DNA of 64,000 nucleotides from Batkoa obscura (lineage: Eukaryota), in the NCBI GenBank assembly GCA_030770535.1, contig JASVEC010000028.1:372001-436000 (forward strand), in the 5' to 3' direction. Shown here in pieces: positions 39,032-53,399 of this stretch (position 1 is its first letter; every line of letters starts with the position of its first letter). The notes beneath the pieces are model-generated. The model was not told where the DNA came from. It was given only the letters and a program-made list of their open reading frames with translations, and searched no databases. The position numbers and the translations under genes were made by a program.

Positions 39032-41803
39032 ATGGTACTTCCTTTAATTACCTTAGAGAAATTCCTTTCTTTGTATAACTCAAATGGAGACAAACTATTG
39101 TCAGCAATCAAATACTTGCCTAGCATATTAGTCGACTTGAGCGATCAGGAGGAGGAAGGCTTTAATCAAGTAATCCAATATATCAAGGAGCTTAGCGAAC
39201 CATTTAACTTTAGTGTTTTACTAGATGTACGTCATAGTGATTTGGCTTTTAATTTTTTGGATATTGGAATCAAGCAAGTGATAATGTGGTGTAAAGAAAG
39301 CCATGATCTGAAAGATTTGCTAACAATCGCACCCTCATTTCCAAAAGAAAGATTTGGTTGCCTACTTGATTACAAAACCCTGAAAGAAGATTTTTTAGCG
39401 AATTTGCCTATCATATTACCCCATTTTAGTACCATTGGGTTTCATTCAAACAACGTTGAACTAAACTCAAATACTCTAATATTGCAATTATCTCAAAGTC
39501 AAAGTAAACAATATAACGGTCAATGGTTAGTTCAAAACTTACGTTTGCCCGAAAAAAGTATGTTAAGTCAGCTTAAAAATAACAATATAGATGCGATTAT
39601 ACCAGCTCATCAGCTTACTTTGGATGAGATTACCGAAGAGCCAGGAAAAGACGAAAAACTTAACCTAGCAGAAGCAATATTGGCACCAGTCAAATCAGAT
39701 AGAGAGGATCAATTAATTTCTACTTGTGTAGTTGATCAATTAGGGACTTGTTTAGGTTTGGTATACTCAAATTATTCTTCAGTTTTAGAGTCTTTAAAGA
39801 CAGGTCAAGGTGTTTATTTTTCTCGTAAAAGAGGATTATGGCATAAAGGGATTACTTCAGGCTCTCATCAACATTTGTTGAAAATAGAGATGGATTGCGA
39901 CTTTGATACATTAAAATTTACTGTTATCCAACATGGTTCAGGTATTTATCATTATTATATTAATATAAATAATTATAAAATTACAAATGTTTAGGTTTTT
40001 GTCATCTTGAAACTCTTACATGTTTTGGAAAAGGAAATGGTTTAGTTGAATTAGAAAGAACAATCCAAAGTCGTAAAAATTCGGCTCCAGAAGGATCATA
40101 CACCCATAGATTATTTACGGATACATCGCTATTAAATTCCAAGATTATGGAGGAGGCTGAAGAATTATGTCAGGCAGAAAATAAGAATGACGTAACTTTC
40201 GAAGCGGCAGATTTAATGTATTTTTTAATGGTAAAATGTGCGATGGTTGGAAGTAGATTAGGAGAAGTATTAAATAATTTACAAAAGAAATCATTAAAAG
40301 TGCAAAGACGTGCTGGAGATGCTAAGCCTAAATGGTTACCAAAAATCGATAATAAGAATTTAGATCTTAATCAAATGAAAGCCAAGTTACCTACACCTGA
40401 TATATTTAAAGTTAAAGAACCCAATTGGCCTCTACCTTATCAATTAACCACTTATAATCACGATGAAATATCAGAAAATGAAAGACAATCTCTTTTGAAG
40501 AGACCAATTTTAAACAACAAAGAGATATTCAATAGAGTGGATCCAATTCTTCAAGAAGTAAGACAAAGGGGGGATATCGCTATATTGGAATTTACCGCAA
40601 AGTTTGATCAAGTAGAGTTAGAAGAAACATGTATGGTTGCTCCTTTCCCATCCAACTTGATGGAACTAAGTCCAGAAACTAAACAAGCAATCGATGAAGC
40701 TTATGAAAATATATTGAAGTTTCATTTGGCGCAAAAAGAAAAAGACACGATTCTAGAGGTTGAAACTAGCAAAGGAGTTATTTGTACTAGGTTTTCTAGG
40801 GCTATTGAAAGAGTAGGCCTATATATTCCTGGAGGTACTGCAGTTTTACCATCTACAGCTTTGATGTTAGGTATTCCAGCTAAAGTAGCTGGATGTAGTG
40901 AAATTATTTTTGCAACCCCTCCTAGAAAAGATGGTACAATTGCACCAGAAGTAGTTTATGTAGCTGAAAAAGTAGGAGCAACTCATATCTTGAAAGCTGG
41001 TGGAGCACAAGCAGTAGCTGCTTTAGCTTATGGCACAAATACTGTACCAAAAGTGGATAAAATATGTGGACCCGGCAACCAATATGTTACTTGCGCTAAA
41101 ATGATTGTACAGAATGACCCAAGTAATTTAGTAAGTATTGATATGCCAGCTGGGCCTTCAGAGATACTTGTTATTGCAGACGCAACTTCAAACCCAAAAT
41201 TTGTTGCTTCTGATTTATTATCACAGGCAGAACACGGGGAGGATTCACAATCGGTGTTAGTTACAGTTGGTTTGGATGAAGCTAAAATTCAAGACATCCT
41301 TAAAGAAGTTGAATCTCAAGCAAAAGTATTGCCTAGAAACGAAATCATTGAAAAATCTTTAGCACACTCTTTCTTATTAACAACTGAGAACCAAGAACAA
41401 GCCGTTGCCTTTTCTAATGATTATGCACCAGAACATTTAATTATTCAGGTCGATGAACCTCACCAGTGGATGGATAAAATTATTAATGCAGGTTCGGTTT
41501 TCTTGGGACATTATTCGCCAGAAAGGTAATTAGATTTATATTTTGTATAGTAATATACCTTTAACTTGTTGATTTAGCTGTGGGGACTATGCCTCAGGTA
41601 CAAATCATACATTACCAACTTATGGTTATGCTCGTATGTACTCTGGTGTTGGCACTAGTACTTTTCAAAAGTATATCACTAGTCAATATCTAACTGAAGA
41701 AGGAATCAAAAATTTGGGTCCAACAGTGATGCATTTGGCAGGGATCGAAGGTTTAGAAGGCCATTCAAATGCAGTAAGAGTAAGATTGGAAAGCTTAAAT
41801 TAG
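39032..41803 (+). CDS. HIS4: Trifunctional histidine biosynthesis protein (HisI-HisE-HisD); introns 39942-39994 and ~41526-41577
   Basis: [83 protein letters not shown]. Confidence 0.97.
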
Positions 41804-42079
41804 AAAATTATATCCCAATTTTTTAAACAGTTTTTTAAAGCTTATTTTAAAAAGACTACTATTAATAAAATCACATTATATATCATTTTATTATTAGTTA
41901 ATATGCTATTTATAAAAATAACAGAATCATTGCAAAATTTAATTTTAAGCAAAACACTTAAATTTCTAAAGAATTAAGATTACGCTATAGTTTATTTTAG
42001 CTTTTTCATCGTGATAATTTAAAAAAACAAAAGTATAAAGGATATTTGATAGTAAGTTATAATATATAAGGATAATAAA

Positions 42080-42653
42080 ATGAGTCAAAAAGAAGTTCAA
42101 GATATGATAAATGATGGTAAGAAAATAAATAAATAATTGACGTAATACAAAGTAAATGATGTATTTTTAGATTTAAGCGAACTGTTAAAAGATAGTAATT
42201 TAGGACAGAATAAATTAAATATAGAAGGAGTAAATAATCCATTATTAAAACCAAACTTATTAAATAAAGCTCAATTAGTATAATGATTTAAATTCCCTAT
42301 TAAAAGAGCAATCACATAACTCCCAGAACGCCATTGAAGAATTGGAATTAGTAGGTTTAACTAATATAAATAGTTAAGTTGAATATCATTATAAACAAAA
42401 TAGATAGAGAACCAAGATTTATTTAACGATAAGACTCAAACTTCTTTGAATAAGTTAACCGATCATTTATCTTCGGCATTTAAACAAGTAGATCAATTAG
42501 AAGTAACACTAATTTATTTATATTTATAAAAAAAGATTTAATTGGATATAGGATTTGATCAACTTTGTGGATAAAAAAGCTAATGCTTTGGATTCTAGAA
42601 TTAATGCTTTGGAGTTAGAGCAGAATGAATGGTTAAAAAATAATAAATCATGA
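42080..42653 (+). CDS. Small coiled-coil protein, possibly a BLOC-1 subunit (Cnl1/BLOC1S4-like), about 5 exons; missed by the ORF track
   Basis: Splices via short GT-AG introns into an open frame ending AFKQVDQLEDLINFVDKKANALDSRINALELEQNEWLKNNKS*. Confidence 0.55.
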
Positions 42654-44737
42654 AGCCATTGATAAATTTCATCACTTTGCTAAGGATTCTTCGTTGATAA
42701 TTAAGCGTTTGTTTTTCATTTAATATATAGGGTTTATCTATTTATAAGAGCTCTTTTAATTTTCCTTCATTCCTCTCATCTTTGAAATGGATTATTTCCT
42801 TTTTATTTTTATCATTCAATATAAAATAAACTATACTATTTATATTTCGGAATAGTTGATTACTGTTTACATTTGTTTTATTTCCTTTAACTATTTTATA
42901 TAAAATAAGTGATGTTGTTTTTACTTTTACTTTTTTACTTTTAATAATAAAATCGAGTTACAAACATGAATTAAGATAGTAAGAGTTAGGGAAGTAATTA
43001 TTTACTTTTGTCACCTTTAAAATAAGTCTCAATTTTTATTTTAATTGAGGTTGACTATCATTGTAATTAAAATTTATACTGTTTCTATTATTGAAATGAA
43101 TGAAATAGTGCTAATTGAAATTAGTAGAAAGCTGTGTTATGTTAATCAATTTGTTATATGTGGTACGGGATCAATTAAACTACACCTTCAATTAGGAATT
43201 GAATGGAATAATATCCTAAATAAGAAATTAGACTTATTATTGCAACAGTATAAATTAAGGAAGGTGGAGTAATAAAATAAATTGTAGATAATAAATTAAT
43301 GTATAGGTATTATTAACAATATGACCATTTTTGATTGTGAATTGAATAAAGATTAAATTAGCAATATTTTAAAAATGATACTATTAAATGAAACTTATAA
43401 TTAATTTATTTTTCATTAAGAGAAAAGAACAAAACAAGATTAACTTAAGGCATTGAACTACTAGTCAATTAATATTGAAAATATAACACTGTTAAACTAA
43501 TAATAACTTTTATAGTAATTATGTTATTTTTAATCTAAACCTCAACAATGACTAGAAGATAGTTTATTTAAATCTTTAATTAACACATTGTGTGCTTTTA
43601 ATTTAATAGTATTTTTATTCTTAATTTAAAACGCTTCATTTTAGTATCAAAAAATAGAAAATTTTAAATTTACTGTTGTATATTTTATTACATTCTTATT
43701 TATAAACAGTATAGTATAGATATACTGATCCTTTAGCTTCTCATTTTTATTAAAATTAGGTTATACTTTTATATGTTGAATTTATACAATCTTCATTGAA
43801 TAATATAAATGTTGACTCCTTTTCCTAAAAAATAATATTGTAAACTAATATTTAGCTTTTTAAAGACTAGTTAATCATATTTCCATTGTTTATTAACTGA
43901 ATTAGAGTTAATGAAGTGATGACATGGATTTAATTATATTAAAATTTAATGATATTGTTTTATCTAAAACAACAAAATTCGATTATTTCTCCGGTTTAGA
44001 ATCAAACATTCAGTAATTAAAATAAAAGTATGGTTTTCATAGCCAATGATATTGATTTCAAACTACCAACTCTCTATTTCATTTGTTAGTATAAATAAAC
44101 GATAGATTAGTGATCCAAATAATAAATGCTGCCCCATAACCCCTTAACACTTAGTTCTTTTTGTTTTCCAAACCTAAATGTAGTCTTCCTTAAACAAAAC
44201 TTATATTTACTATATTTAATATATCTAATATATTTTATTTATCTTTGAAATCTCGTTATTCTTTATTGAGTATTTGATAATATTTCTTGTACAATAAAAT
44301 AATATATTATACCCATTTTAATGATATAAATAAGCATCAAGGCGGAAATACTCTACACCAATTAATTAAGCTAATAACATAATTTAGTTTGTTGGTGCAA
44401 TTAATGTGTTCTTGAATACAGAATAGTAATGTATTATGATTCAGCCCCATGATCATTAACTGATACAAAAAAGTCGCTCAAAATCTTAATTTAGTAAAAT
44501 TTCCATATAACTTTTCCGTTATGACATAATTTAAGATTTTGGTCCGATAAAAAATCAGAAATGAAAAATCAAGTGGTTGAGTTATGACTGAATTTTATTC
44601 AAAAATACACCCTCCTTAAATAACTAAGCAAATTGAAAATAATAAATACCCTTGATTTTCCTTTCATCAAATTATTTTTTTTTTAAAAAAATCTTTGATT
44701 TTTTGCTCTATTATTTTTCATAAATACAAATAAAGTT

Positions 44738-45118
44738 ATGTACAATATTACTTCAAATGTTAATGTTACTTTTTTAAATAATAAAGTTCATCCATTCAAG
44801 TCACGTATAGCTTTACTACGTAATGAAGATGTCAAGATTGAACGTGCTTTAATAATAGACGCCCCTTCTGCAAGAAGCTTAAGCGTTGGTAGTGGTTTTG
44901 TTTTACCATCTACTAATTCGCCTCTCTCATGCAAAACTGTGAAGCGTTCTGATCTTCCACCTCATCTTAAGCGTCGCTCATATGAGTTAGAGATTGACTC
45001 ATCTGATGAAGAAGAACTTCCAGAAATGAGAGGTCTTGCTGCAAGGTATAATGAACCAAACCAAAAGTTGCGCAGAATTAGCGGCTTTGGTTTACCTAAC
45101 TACAATATAAGTTGTTAA
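44738..45118 (+). CDS. Small hypothetical protein, paralog of 45836..46210
   Basis: Shared blocks PxKSRIAxLRxExVKI and SPLSxKTxKRSDLPxHLKR. Confidence 0.75.
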   Translation: MYNITSNVNVTFLNNKVHPFKSRIALLRNEDVKIERALIIDAPSARSLSVGSGFVLPSTNSPLSCKTVKRSDLPPHLKRRSYELEIDSSDEEELPEMRGLAARYNEPNQKLRRISGFGLPNYNISC

Positions 45119-45835
45119 TCAAAAACACTCCTAACCGAAATAGTTCAAAGAGCTAAATCCTTTATATCTTTCTATCAGTTTATCTTTTGACTATGCTTTT
45201 GCCTTTTGTTGAATAAAAATAATTTATTGTTAAAGATTGTTGGATTTTCAATTGTATTTTAGTATTAAAGTGTAACACTAACAGCTTATTAACTCAGTAG
45301 TGATTTGTTTAGTTTAACTGAAAGAAGTAAAAAATATTATCAGCAATGATAAATTATTAGCAATTAATAGTAAATTTTGCTAATTAAAGCTGCAAAACAA
45401 AAGACCAACTTTAAGGATTCTAACGTATATTATACAAATATCATACTGACAATTGCTGTACAAGTTATCCTATATAATAATATTTATTAATTTATTCTAA
45501 ATACTATCTTTTTAGTATTGAATTAGATAATTTAAAATAACAATTATAATATAATAAATAAACATCTAACGTTAAATAAAAAATTTTTTTATTTTTTTAA
45601 ATAAACATGACCTTTTCCTAGATCAAGATAATATCAAACTTATGAATTTTGATGAGTGTTATTTTAGCATAAAGACTAAGCTGTGGTATATTTAAATTCG
45701 ATATTCACAATGAACTAAGAAATTAGCTCTATTAACTATTCCAGTTCAACCGAATTTTGATTATTAGATTCAAAAGTCAACTTCACTGAAGCAAATGTAA
45801 CATTTTGACTAATAGAAGGTTAAATATTATTAATA

Positions 45836-46210
45836 TTAAATACAAATTAAATTATACGTTTTAAAAGCCTTGAAGGATCCAATACTTCCTAAATATCCAT
45901 ACGAAGATTTGTCAGCTCTATTCCCTCTTAAATAATCCTCTTGAATTTCACAACCTTGACGCTTAAGATGAGATGGTAGATCACTTCTTTTTGATGTTTT
46001 AAAAGAAAGAGGCGATTGTAATGTAACTGCTGATACATTGATACTTTTTGATACCATACTTTCAACTAATAAACTTTTATTGATTTTTACAGCTTCGTCA
46101 CGAAGATGAGCAATACGTGATTTTAATGGACGGGATTGAACAAAAGTGTTTTGACATAAATATGATGGCTCATTATTACCATTTGACGCGGTTAAAGGGT
46201 AGTTGATCAT
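45836..46210 (-). CDS. Small hypothetical protein, paralog of 44738..45118
   Basis: Same shared blocks; convergent orientation. Confidence 0.75.
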   Translation of the reverse strand: MINYPLTASNGNNEPSYLCQNTFVQSRPLKSRIAHLRDEAVKINKSLLVESMVSKSINVSAVTLQSPLSFKTSKRSDLPSHLKRQGCEIQEDYLRGNRADKSSYGYLGSIGSFKAFKTYNLICI

Positions 46211-46357
46211 TTTTAATTTATTTAATCACTAACTTATTTTTCCGCGTTTAAATGGAAAGTAAATAAATGAACTAAAATTTTTGCTTTAAAAACGGGCATC
46301 AAGGGTATTTATTATTTTTAAAGCTAAGTTTAAAAGGTTTGTGTGTAGAGAATAACT

Positions 46358-46366
46358 ATGACTCAT
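46358..46366. promoter_or_regulatory. Perfect Gcn4/CpcA (AP-1) site ATGACTCAT
   Basis: About 150 nt upstream of the 46210 ATG. Confidence 0.4.
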
Positions 46367-46753
46367 GTTATCCTTATGATTTTGATTCCTAATAAATTGA
46401 TTGGATATTCAAATATTACGCTTTTCTTATGTTCATATTTATTGGCTATTCTATTGCAAAAAATGACTGATTGGGCTAGTTTTGGAACGTTTTATTATTT
46501 TGCAAAGTCTGAAAGAGACTTTTATCCAATTAAAAATGTCTTCAACTTCATGTTACTTAAATTTTATTTCACCTTTACAGTTTTTCAAAAATTAAAGTTA
46601 AATTTTAGATCAGATATCCAGTAATTTAGTTGCTATACTTTGAGTACAATTTTTCAATAAAAATAATTGGCTTCTAATTTGAGCAGAGATCAAATTTAAA
46701 ATTCTAAAATTTCGTAAAATAATTTTTATATCGTGTTATTTTAAATGATATAT

Positions 46754-46851
46754 AGGGGTGTTTTTTTGGCTTCATCACTTTTTCAATTTTTTAAGCACTA
46801 TTTGAGCGGAAAAATTATTAGTAGAATTCTTAAACACAAAAACACATCCCC
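46754..46851 (-). mobile_element. MITE family A, copy 14 (TSD ATAT)
   Basis: Consensus match. Confidence 0.88.
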
Positions 46852-48391
46852 ATATATTAAATATGTTTTTGTCAATAACGATAATTTATTGTATTTAAAT
46901 TGGAGATAATTAAGTCAAAAAAATTGTATAGATTTCTTTGTAGTTACTCATTAAGATTTCATTTAAAATAGCTTTTAAAACATTGGATTCGGTTTGAAAA
47001 ATATACTTAAAAAAGTTAAACTTTATTATAGTTTTAATTCTTGAAAGCCTTCATTATATTATTTAATTTAATTATGTGTTCAGTTTATATTTTAAATTTA
47101 ATGCCAATATTTTATTGTTTAAAAGATTATTCGAACCTTAAAATACACGCATCATTGATCTTTTTTAAAAATCCTTAAATAGCTGAATCGGTATATTGCG
47201 ACAACCTAAAAAATATAAAATTGTAATTATAGTTTATTATTATTTTAGAAGATACTGCTAATCAGTGTTTTAATGACAAATTGTATTCTTGTTTTATAGT
47301 AGAGGCATTCAACTACTAGCTCTGCTAATATTTTTAACTAGTAAAAAATAAAGTAAATGTTATGCTACATTAACTAAGATCCTATGATTTATATACCATA
47401 TTAATTTTAATATTTAATTTCATAGATAGTTGCTATCTACGAAAAAGTGTTTTGTATTTACTGTTTGTAGTAATTTATATCTAAGTTAAATTTCTACAAT
47501 CTCTAATGACTCTTGACCAAATGTATATAAGAAAATAAAATGGTTGTTACAAAAATTAGTATATTTTTATTTTTAAATTATATTCAATAACACTATTACC
47601 AATCATTTATAAAATAATATAGCCAAATTTTTTCATCTATACTTTTCATATGTAATAGTTTGTATGGTAATAATTTATAATTTTAGGCTTGATTTATCAT
47701 TAACCTTTACTATTCCACGAAATTGTGGGGGCTTTTGAATTTTAATATGAAATAATAACTTTTAATTTTATAGCAAAATGTAAATAAACTTAATATGCTA
47801 CTTTATTTATCGTTAATGACTATTAGGGTTCGATAGTGTTTAAATTTCAAGTTGTAATTATCGTATAATTTGTGAATTTGTAGTAGAATATACCCAAGAA
47901 TTAGAGGATTAAATCCAAGTTTTAGTAAAAATGATCTTAAAAATAGTCACAGTATCTTTTTATGCAGATTTGGCTTTTTATCCTCACCCTAAGTTCTGCA
48001 AAAAAGAACGCAATAATATTTTATTGGCTAGTGTAAGCATTATTATAAACCTAAAGAAGTCACTTAAGAAAATTAGAATACAAATCATTGTTTATACGGT
48101 TGTAAATATAAATTTATCATTAGCAAGTATATCGAAGTGATATATAACACACTAATCATAGTTAATTTACTTTTCACATTTTTACACGCTTACAAAGGAC
48201 CACTTTATAATACTTGCTTTGGACGGAAATAAGGTTAGTTTTTTATAGACATATTTTTACCCTAAATGACCAAATATAACTCTTAATTTATCGAAGCTTA
48301 TATCATAAATGTAACTCTTTTCTTTTAGATTTCCATAAAATTATAACTAAGAGAATAATTTAAAACATTCAGGTTATATCAAATTAAAAAA

Positions 48392-51348
48392 ATGTTTTGG
48401 AGATTTGCATTTCAAGCCAACGCTGTTAGTTTCGAAACACTTTTAGATAAATTAGATCAAGCTGAGGAAGACACAAGGGTTTCGTCTGATGACCAATCTA
48501 GTGACTCTGAGTCTATATCTCATGCTTGGGATAATGAGTTGGAAGCCGTACTTAAAGACGCTGAGCTTTTACAGGAACTAAAAAAAGGGAATGACCGATT
48601 GCTTCACTGGTAAATATTATATATATATAACCTTATTTTATTTCTCTAATTTTTATGATTAACTAATATATTCTAGGCTAAGTAAGCCCGAAGTAATTGC
48701 TAAACTTTTTAATTGGGTTTTTGAAAATGGGATTGCTCCAGGGAATAAACAAGCTCAAAAGCAAGGAAGCTCAACTGAGGAAGAAATTAATAAGAAAGAA
48801 GAAACAAATGATTCTAATGAAGATGACTCAAAAAAAGAAGCAAGTAGCTCATCTAATATCTTAGATGACGAAATCATATCAACTGGTGTAGGGGCATTTG
48901 TGGAAAACTCTTCTAAAGCTGAAGAAGAACTAGCAGCTGGAAAAAGGAAACTTGCGTTAATCAGTTTAGAAATTCTAGCCTTTGAGAACCTTATTATACA
49001 AGATACCATTTTAAGGTACCCTGACAGTGCACTTCAAAAGCTCTGGGATATCATTTATTTGCCTCCAAACACTCAAATACCACCTCACCTATCTCTTGCT
49101 TTTGGGCGTGTTTTCACTTCGTTAATTGCGCGCCGGACGCGTCAAGCTTTAGCTTTTTTATATGAACAAAAGGATACTGTAAAATCCATTTTAGATCATT
49201 TAGATGATACTATGGTTTTAGATATATTATTGAAGCTTTTATGCTTGGAGGAGATGTCCGATGGACAAGGAGTTGCAGAATGGCTTCATGCTCAAGGTCT
49301 TATCCAGATGTTAGTTGATCGTATGGATCCTAAATATGGATATGATATCCATTCTAATGTATCACAGGTCCTTTTACATATTTTAGCTATTTCTCAAGCA
49401 CCTCCTACAGCTACAGGACAAAGTGGGAATCTACAAACTAATTTTGGATTTGATCCAGTAACAGGTCAGCCTTATGCTTCACGCTGCTACTCATTAGTTA
49501 AAGATCTTACGAGGTAAACTTATTTGATACAATTTTTAGTATAAACTACTTGGATTTCAGTCTTTTTTATAAATGATCTTGTATTTTAATCAATCAAATT
49601 AGTGAAGCCACGTTGAACCGCATTGTATATTATATGTTAGATGTTCCATTACCAGTCGAATTATTGGAGAAAGATCCTTTCTTGCCTTCATCCCAATTAA
49701 TATCTTCATTAACATTCGGTGTAACAATTTTTATTGAAATCATTCGTAGACATTTCTTGTAAGTTTTTATCACTTTTAATTCATTAATATTTTTATAATA
49801 TATAATGATTTTTTATACCTTTTAATTTATTAGAGATAGTGATACTGACCACCATGGACAGAACTCCGCAAAAAATTCCCGCTCACCTTCTCCAAGTCCA
49901 CCACTTTCAGCAAGTCAAATATCTACCCCACCTTTAGTTGATTTGGGTATTTTGATTAGTATTCTTACCCGAAGGCTCCCTGATTTCGTTAAACTTTTAA
50001 GAGAACCACGTTCAATTGTATACTTTTAATTTACGTTTAATTATTTTACTAACTATTTTATTAGAATCAGCCTATATCGAATACTTCTGGTACTTTTATT
50101 CCGCTTGGGTTTGAGAGATTAAAAGTTTGTGAATTAATTGCTGAACTTTTACATGGATCAAATATGAAGAGTCTTAACATTACACCCGCACCTTTGGATG
50201 CAGATGAAATTAATAGACTTATTGAAAAACGTGATAGTTTCTTAGATAAGCCAGGGTTAGAAAGTTTCATTGATCCTGTTCCACTTATAGCAACTAAAAA
50301 AATCAAACCTTCTGTAAGCGATAAACCATCATTAGGCAAATTTGATCAATTTGGTGTATCTGAAGAAACTGCTCAAACTCCAGAGGAACCTGCATCAGAA
50401 AGTGTGGATTCACTTACCGAAGATAAAAAGGTAGAAGAGCCAGAAGAGTCAGAAGAAATTAATGATGAGAATCCTATTCCAGAAATGGAATCTTTAAGTA
50501 TTAGCAAGGCTACAGAAAAAAAGATTTCAATAGGAGAATGGGCCAAGCTAAGTATATTAGATAATGATGTACTTATCGTGTTCTTAGATTTATTCCAAAG
50601 TTATCCATGGAATAATTTTGTTCATGTAGTAGTATTTGATATCATCCATCAAGTTTTAAATTTACCTACGGATCACATTACTAATCTATCACTAATATCT
50701 TCTCTCTTTATTAATGCTAAAATTACAGAACGTATCCTAAATATTCAGAACAGTAATGATAGTACAACTTCAAACTCAAGTGGAATTCGATTAGGTTATA
50801 TGGGGTATCTCACATTTATTGCTGAAGAAACAGTAAAGCTTATAGATCGTGCTGGTTTTGAGCTAGGTGAAAGGGTTCAAAAGTTTGCTCACTCACCCAG
50901 TTGGCAAGAATATGTTTATCAAGCATTAAGTGAAACTAAAAAAAGAGATATGGAACCTTTAGATGGCAATATGACGAATTATTCCCCAGGACCTTCTACA
51001 TTGACCACCCCTTCTGCTAATTTACAATATAACGACTCAAAAACTGCTTCAAATTTAGACCATATAACTGATAGTATTACTAATACTGAAGGAGAAATTA
51101 ATATTCAAACAGGGAGCCTTAATGAACAGGTATTATTTAATGTGTGTATATGTATAATATATACTAATTTTATCTAGCTTAATAGTTCAACTTCAGATCA
51201 TTTTAATAACCTTGAGCCAAATAGTTTTAGTAATTCGAGATGGGGCGTTGAGGATGATGAAGACGATGATGAAGATGAAGAGGATGATGACGAGCTTGGT
51301 TTACATAGACCTATACCAACTCATTTCTCTTCACCACCTTCTATGTAG
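48392..51348 (+). CDS. SIT4/PP6 phosphatase-associated protein (SAPS family; Sap155/185/190-like), multi-exon
   Basis: MFWRFAF, ELLQELK, PLGFERLKVCELIAELLHGSNM, YPWNNFVHVVVFD, RLGYMGYLTFIAEE; acidic tail. Confidence 0.9.
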
Positions 51349-52221
51349 AGTGCGGCGTATTTTATACTTCTAGTTAATTCTATAAAAATTTAACTACTCT
51401 AACTCAATACCCCTAATTTCCTGCGAATTTCCTAATAAGCTCGCAAGTCGCAATTTAAAATAAATCACTTTTTAATTATATTATGCTTTATTTTAACAAT
51501 ATATAAGTCGAAGGAAGATATTCATACCATCAAAATTTGATGAAAAAAGCATGTAATTAAAAAAAGGAGTAAAAATAGTAAAATGAGTTTATTTTATTTA
51601 TATATACAATACCGATTTATAGCTAAAGAATCACTTTATTAATCCATCTATTTAATAACTTACTACTTAAATAACAAATGTTAATGTACATATCAAAAGT
51701 AATAATACATAATCAATCATTTATCTATAGTTATTTTTCAATACTAACGATTGTCTAAATATGTCTTAGCTATTCCTATGCTAAGAGTAATGGTTAAAGT
51801 GTACATATTTTATAGAGCCATGAAATAATAAACTTTTGCTAAATTTCATGATTACACTACTTGAGCCCTTTTTATTTTGTACAGTAGTTGGACTTTAATT
51901 ATTTATGCTTCTGTTATATTATTACCATTAAGGCACCTTTGTTTAAACCCTGGTTATTAATAGTAATTTTAATAACTAATTATTGATATATCCACAGCCT
52001 CATATCAATATATTAAATTAATTTATCAGCTTCAAAAGCTTCTTATTCTACCATTTATACCCATTTATTATAGATAATGTAGTTAATTTAATAAAATTTA
52101 TCTTAATGCTAATGTTTTAGACCAATCAAAGCTGGCATACTATAAAGTGACTCTCCGCTTATAATTGGCCGATTATATCTAAGTCACATATCATTGGCTC
52201 TTAATGCCTCAGTTTTCTAAT

Positions 52222-52229
52222 GCCACGTA
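52222..52229. promoter_or_regulatory. UPRE-like motif GCCACGTA among several CCAAT boxes upstream of ERV29
   Basis: Contains CACGTA, the reverse complement of the Hac1 UPRE2 core TACGTG. Confidence 0.35.
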
Positions 52230-52533
52230 ACAAAGGGTATTAGTGTACTTGATTCTCCACTAATATATTGTTAAACAAACATAAAGGGGTAAAAAAAATG
52301 ATGAAGATGATTATCTCAAAATGATTGGCTAGTAAAGCAACTAACAATGCTTCACATCCAATCTAAGGCAGTTTAAACAATAAATAAAGATTAAAAGTTT
52401 ATTTTATAATTTGTTTTATTAAACTATTTTTAATATTCAAGTAAATAAAAGATAACATACTAGTTTTACATATTAATAAACTGTTTTTTAGGGAATTTTA
52501 TTGTAAATATAAGATAGTTTTAACAATAAAGAA

Positions 52534-53399
52534 ATGGATCAAGTAAAAGAATACTCTGCCCAGTTAGAGGATAAATTAATCCAAATTACCGCGCCAATTA
52601 AGCCTTATTTTGCAAATATTGCTCGTTTTCTTCTTGTAGTTACATTTTATGAAGACTCTTTAAGAATTATCATGCAATGGTCTGAACAAGTGTTTTTTAT
52701 GAGACATCACCGTGGGTTACCATGGATTGTCCCAGAAGTTTTCCTTGGTTTAAACGTTATTGTAAGTAACTCAAATATTTATTTATACTTTTTTAAAATT
52801 ATATAAAGTTTATGTTGATTTGTTCCACCCTTGCTGTACAACGTAAATATACTGAATATGCTGTTGCTGGCTTAGTTGCTGTTGTTATTTCTCAAGCAAT
52901 TGGTTATGGTATGGTATTTGATTTTAAATTTATCCTTTATAACTTTTCAGTTATTGGTGGACTTTTAATGCTCTTATCTGAAAATTTACTTGCTAAACGT
53001 AAACAAGTATTTGCTGGTTTACCTTCAATTACTCAAACTGAAAAATCAACTTATATTTTATTGGCCGGTCGTATCCTCCTTGTTTTCCTTTTCCTTGGCT
53101 TTGTGTTTGCTGGTGAGTTCACCCTTTTCCGTGCAGTTGTTTCAGTCATTGGTCTTGTTGCTTGTGGTATGATTGCTGTTGGATTTAAAGCCAAATGGTC
53201 AGCCCTTTTTATGGTACTTTTCTTAAGTATATTAAATATTTTTGTCAACAATTGGTGGTCCTTATCTGACCATCATTTTGAAAGAGACCATGCTAAATAT
53301 GATTTCTTCCAAACCCTTTCTACTGTTGGAGGTTTCTTACTTTTAGCTTCTGTAGGTCCAGGAGGATTTTCTATGGATGAAAAGAAAAAGAACTTTTAA
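52534..53399 (+). CDS. ERV29: SURF4/Erv29 ER cargo receptor; intron ~52762-52808
   Basis: ARFLLVVTFYEDSLRI..QW, KYDFFQTLS..GG.LL, GPGGFSMDEKKKNF. Confidence 0.95.
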
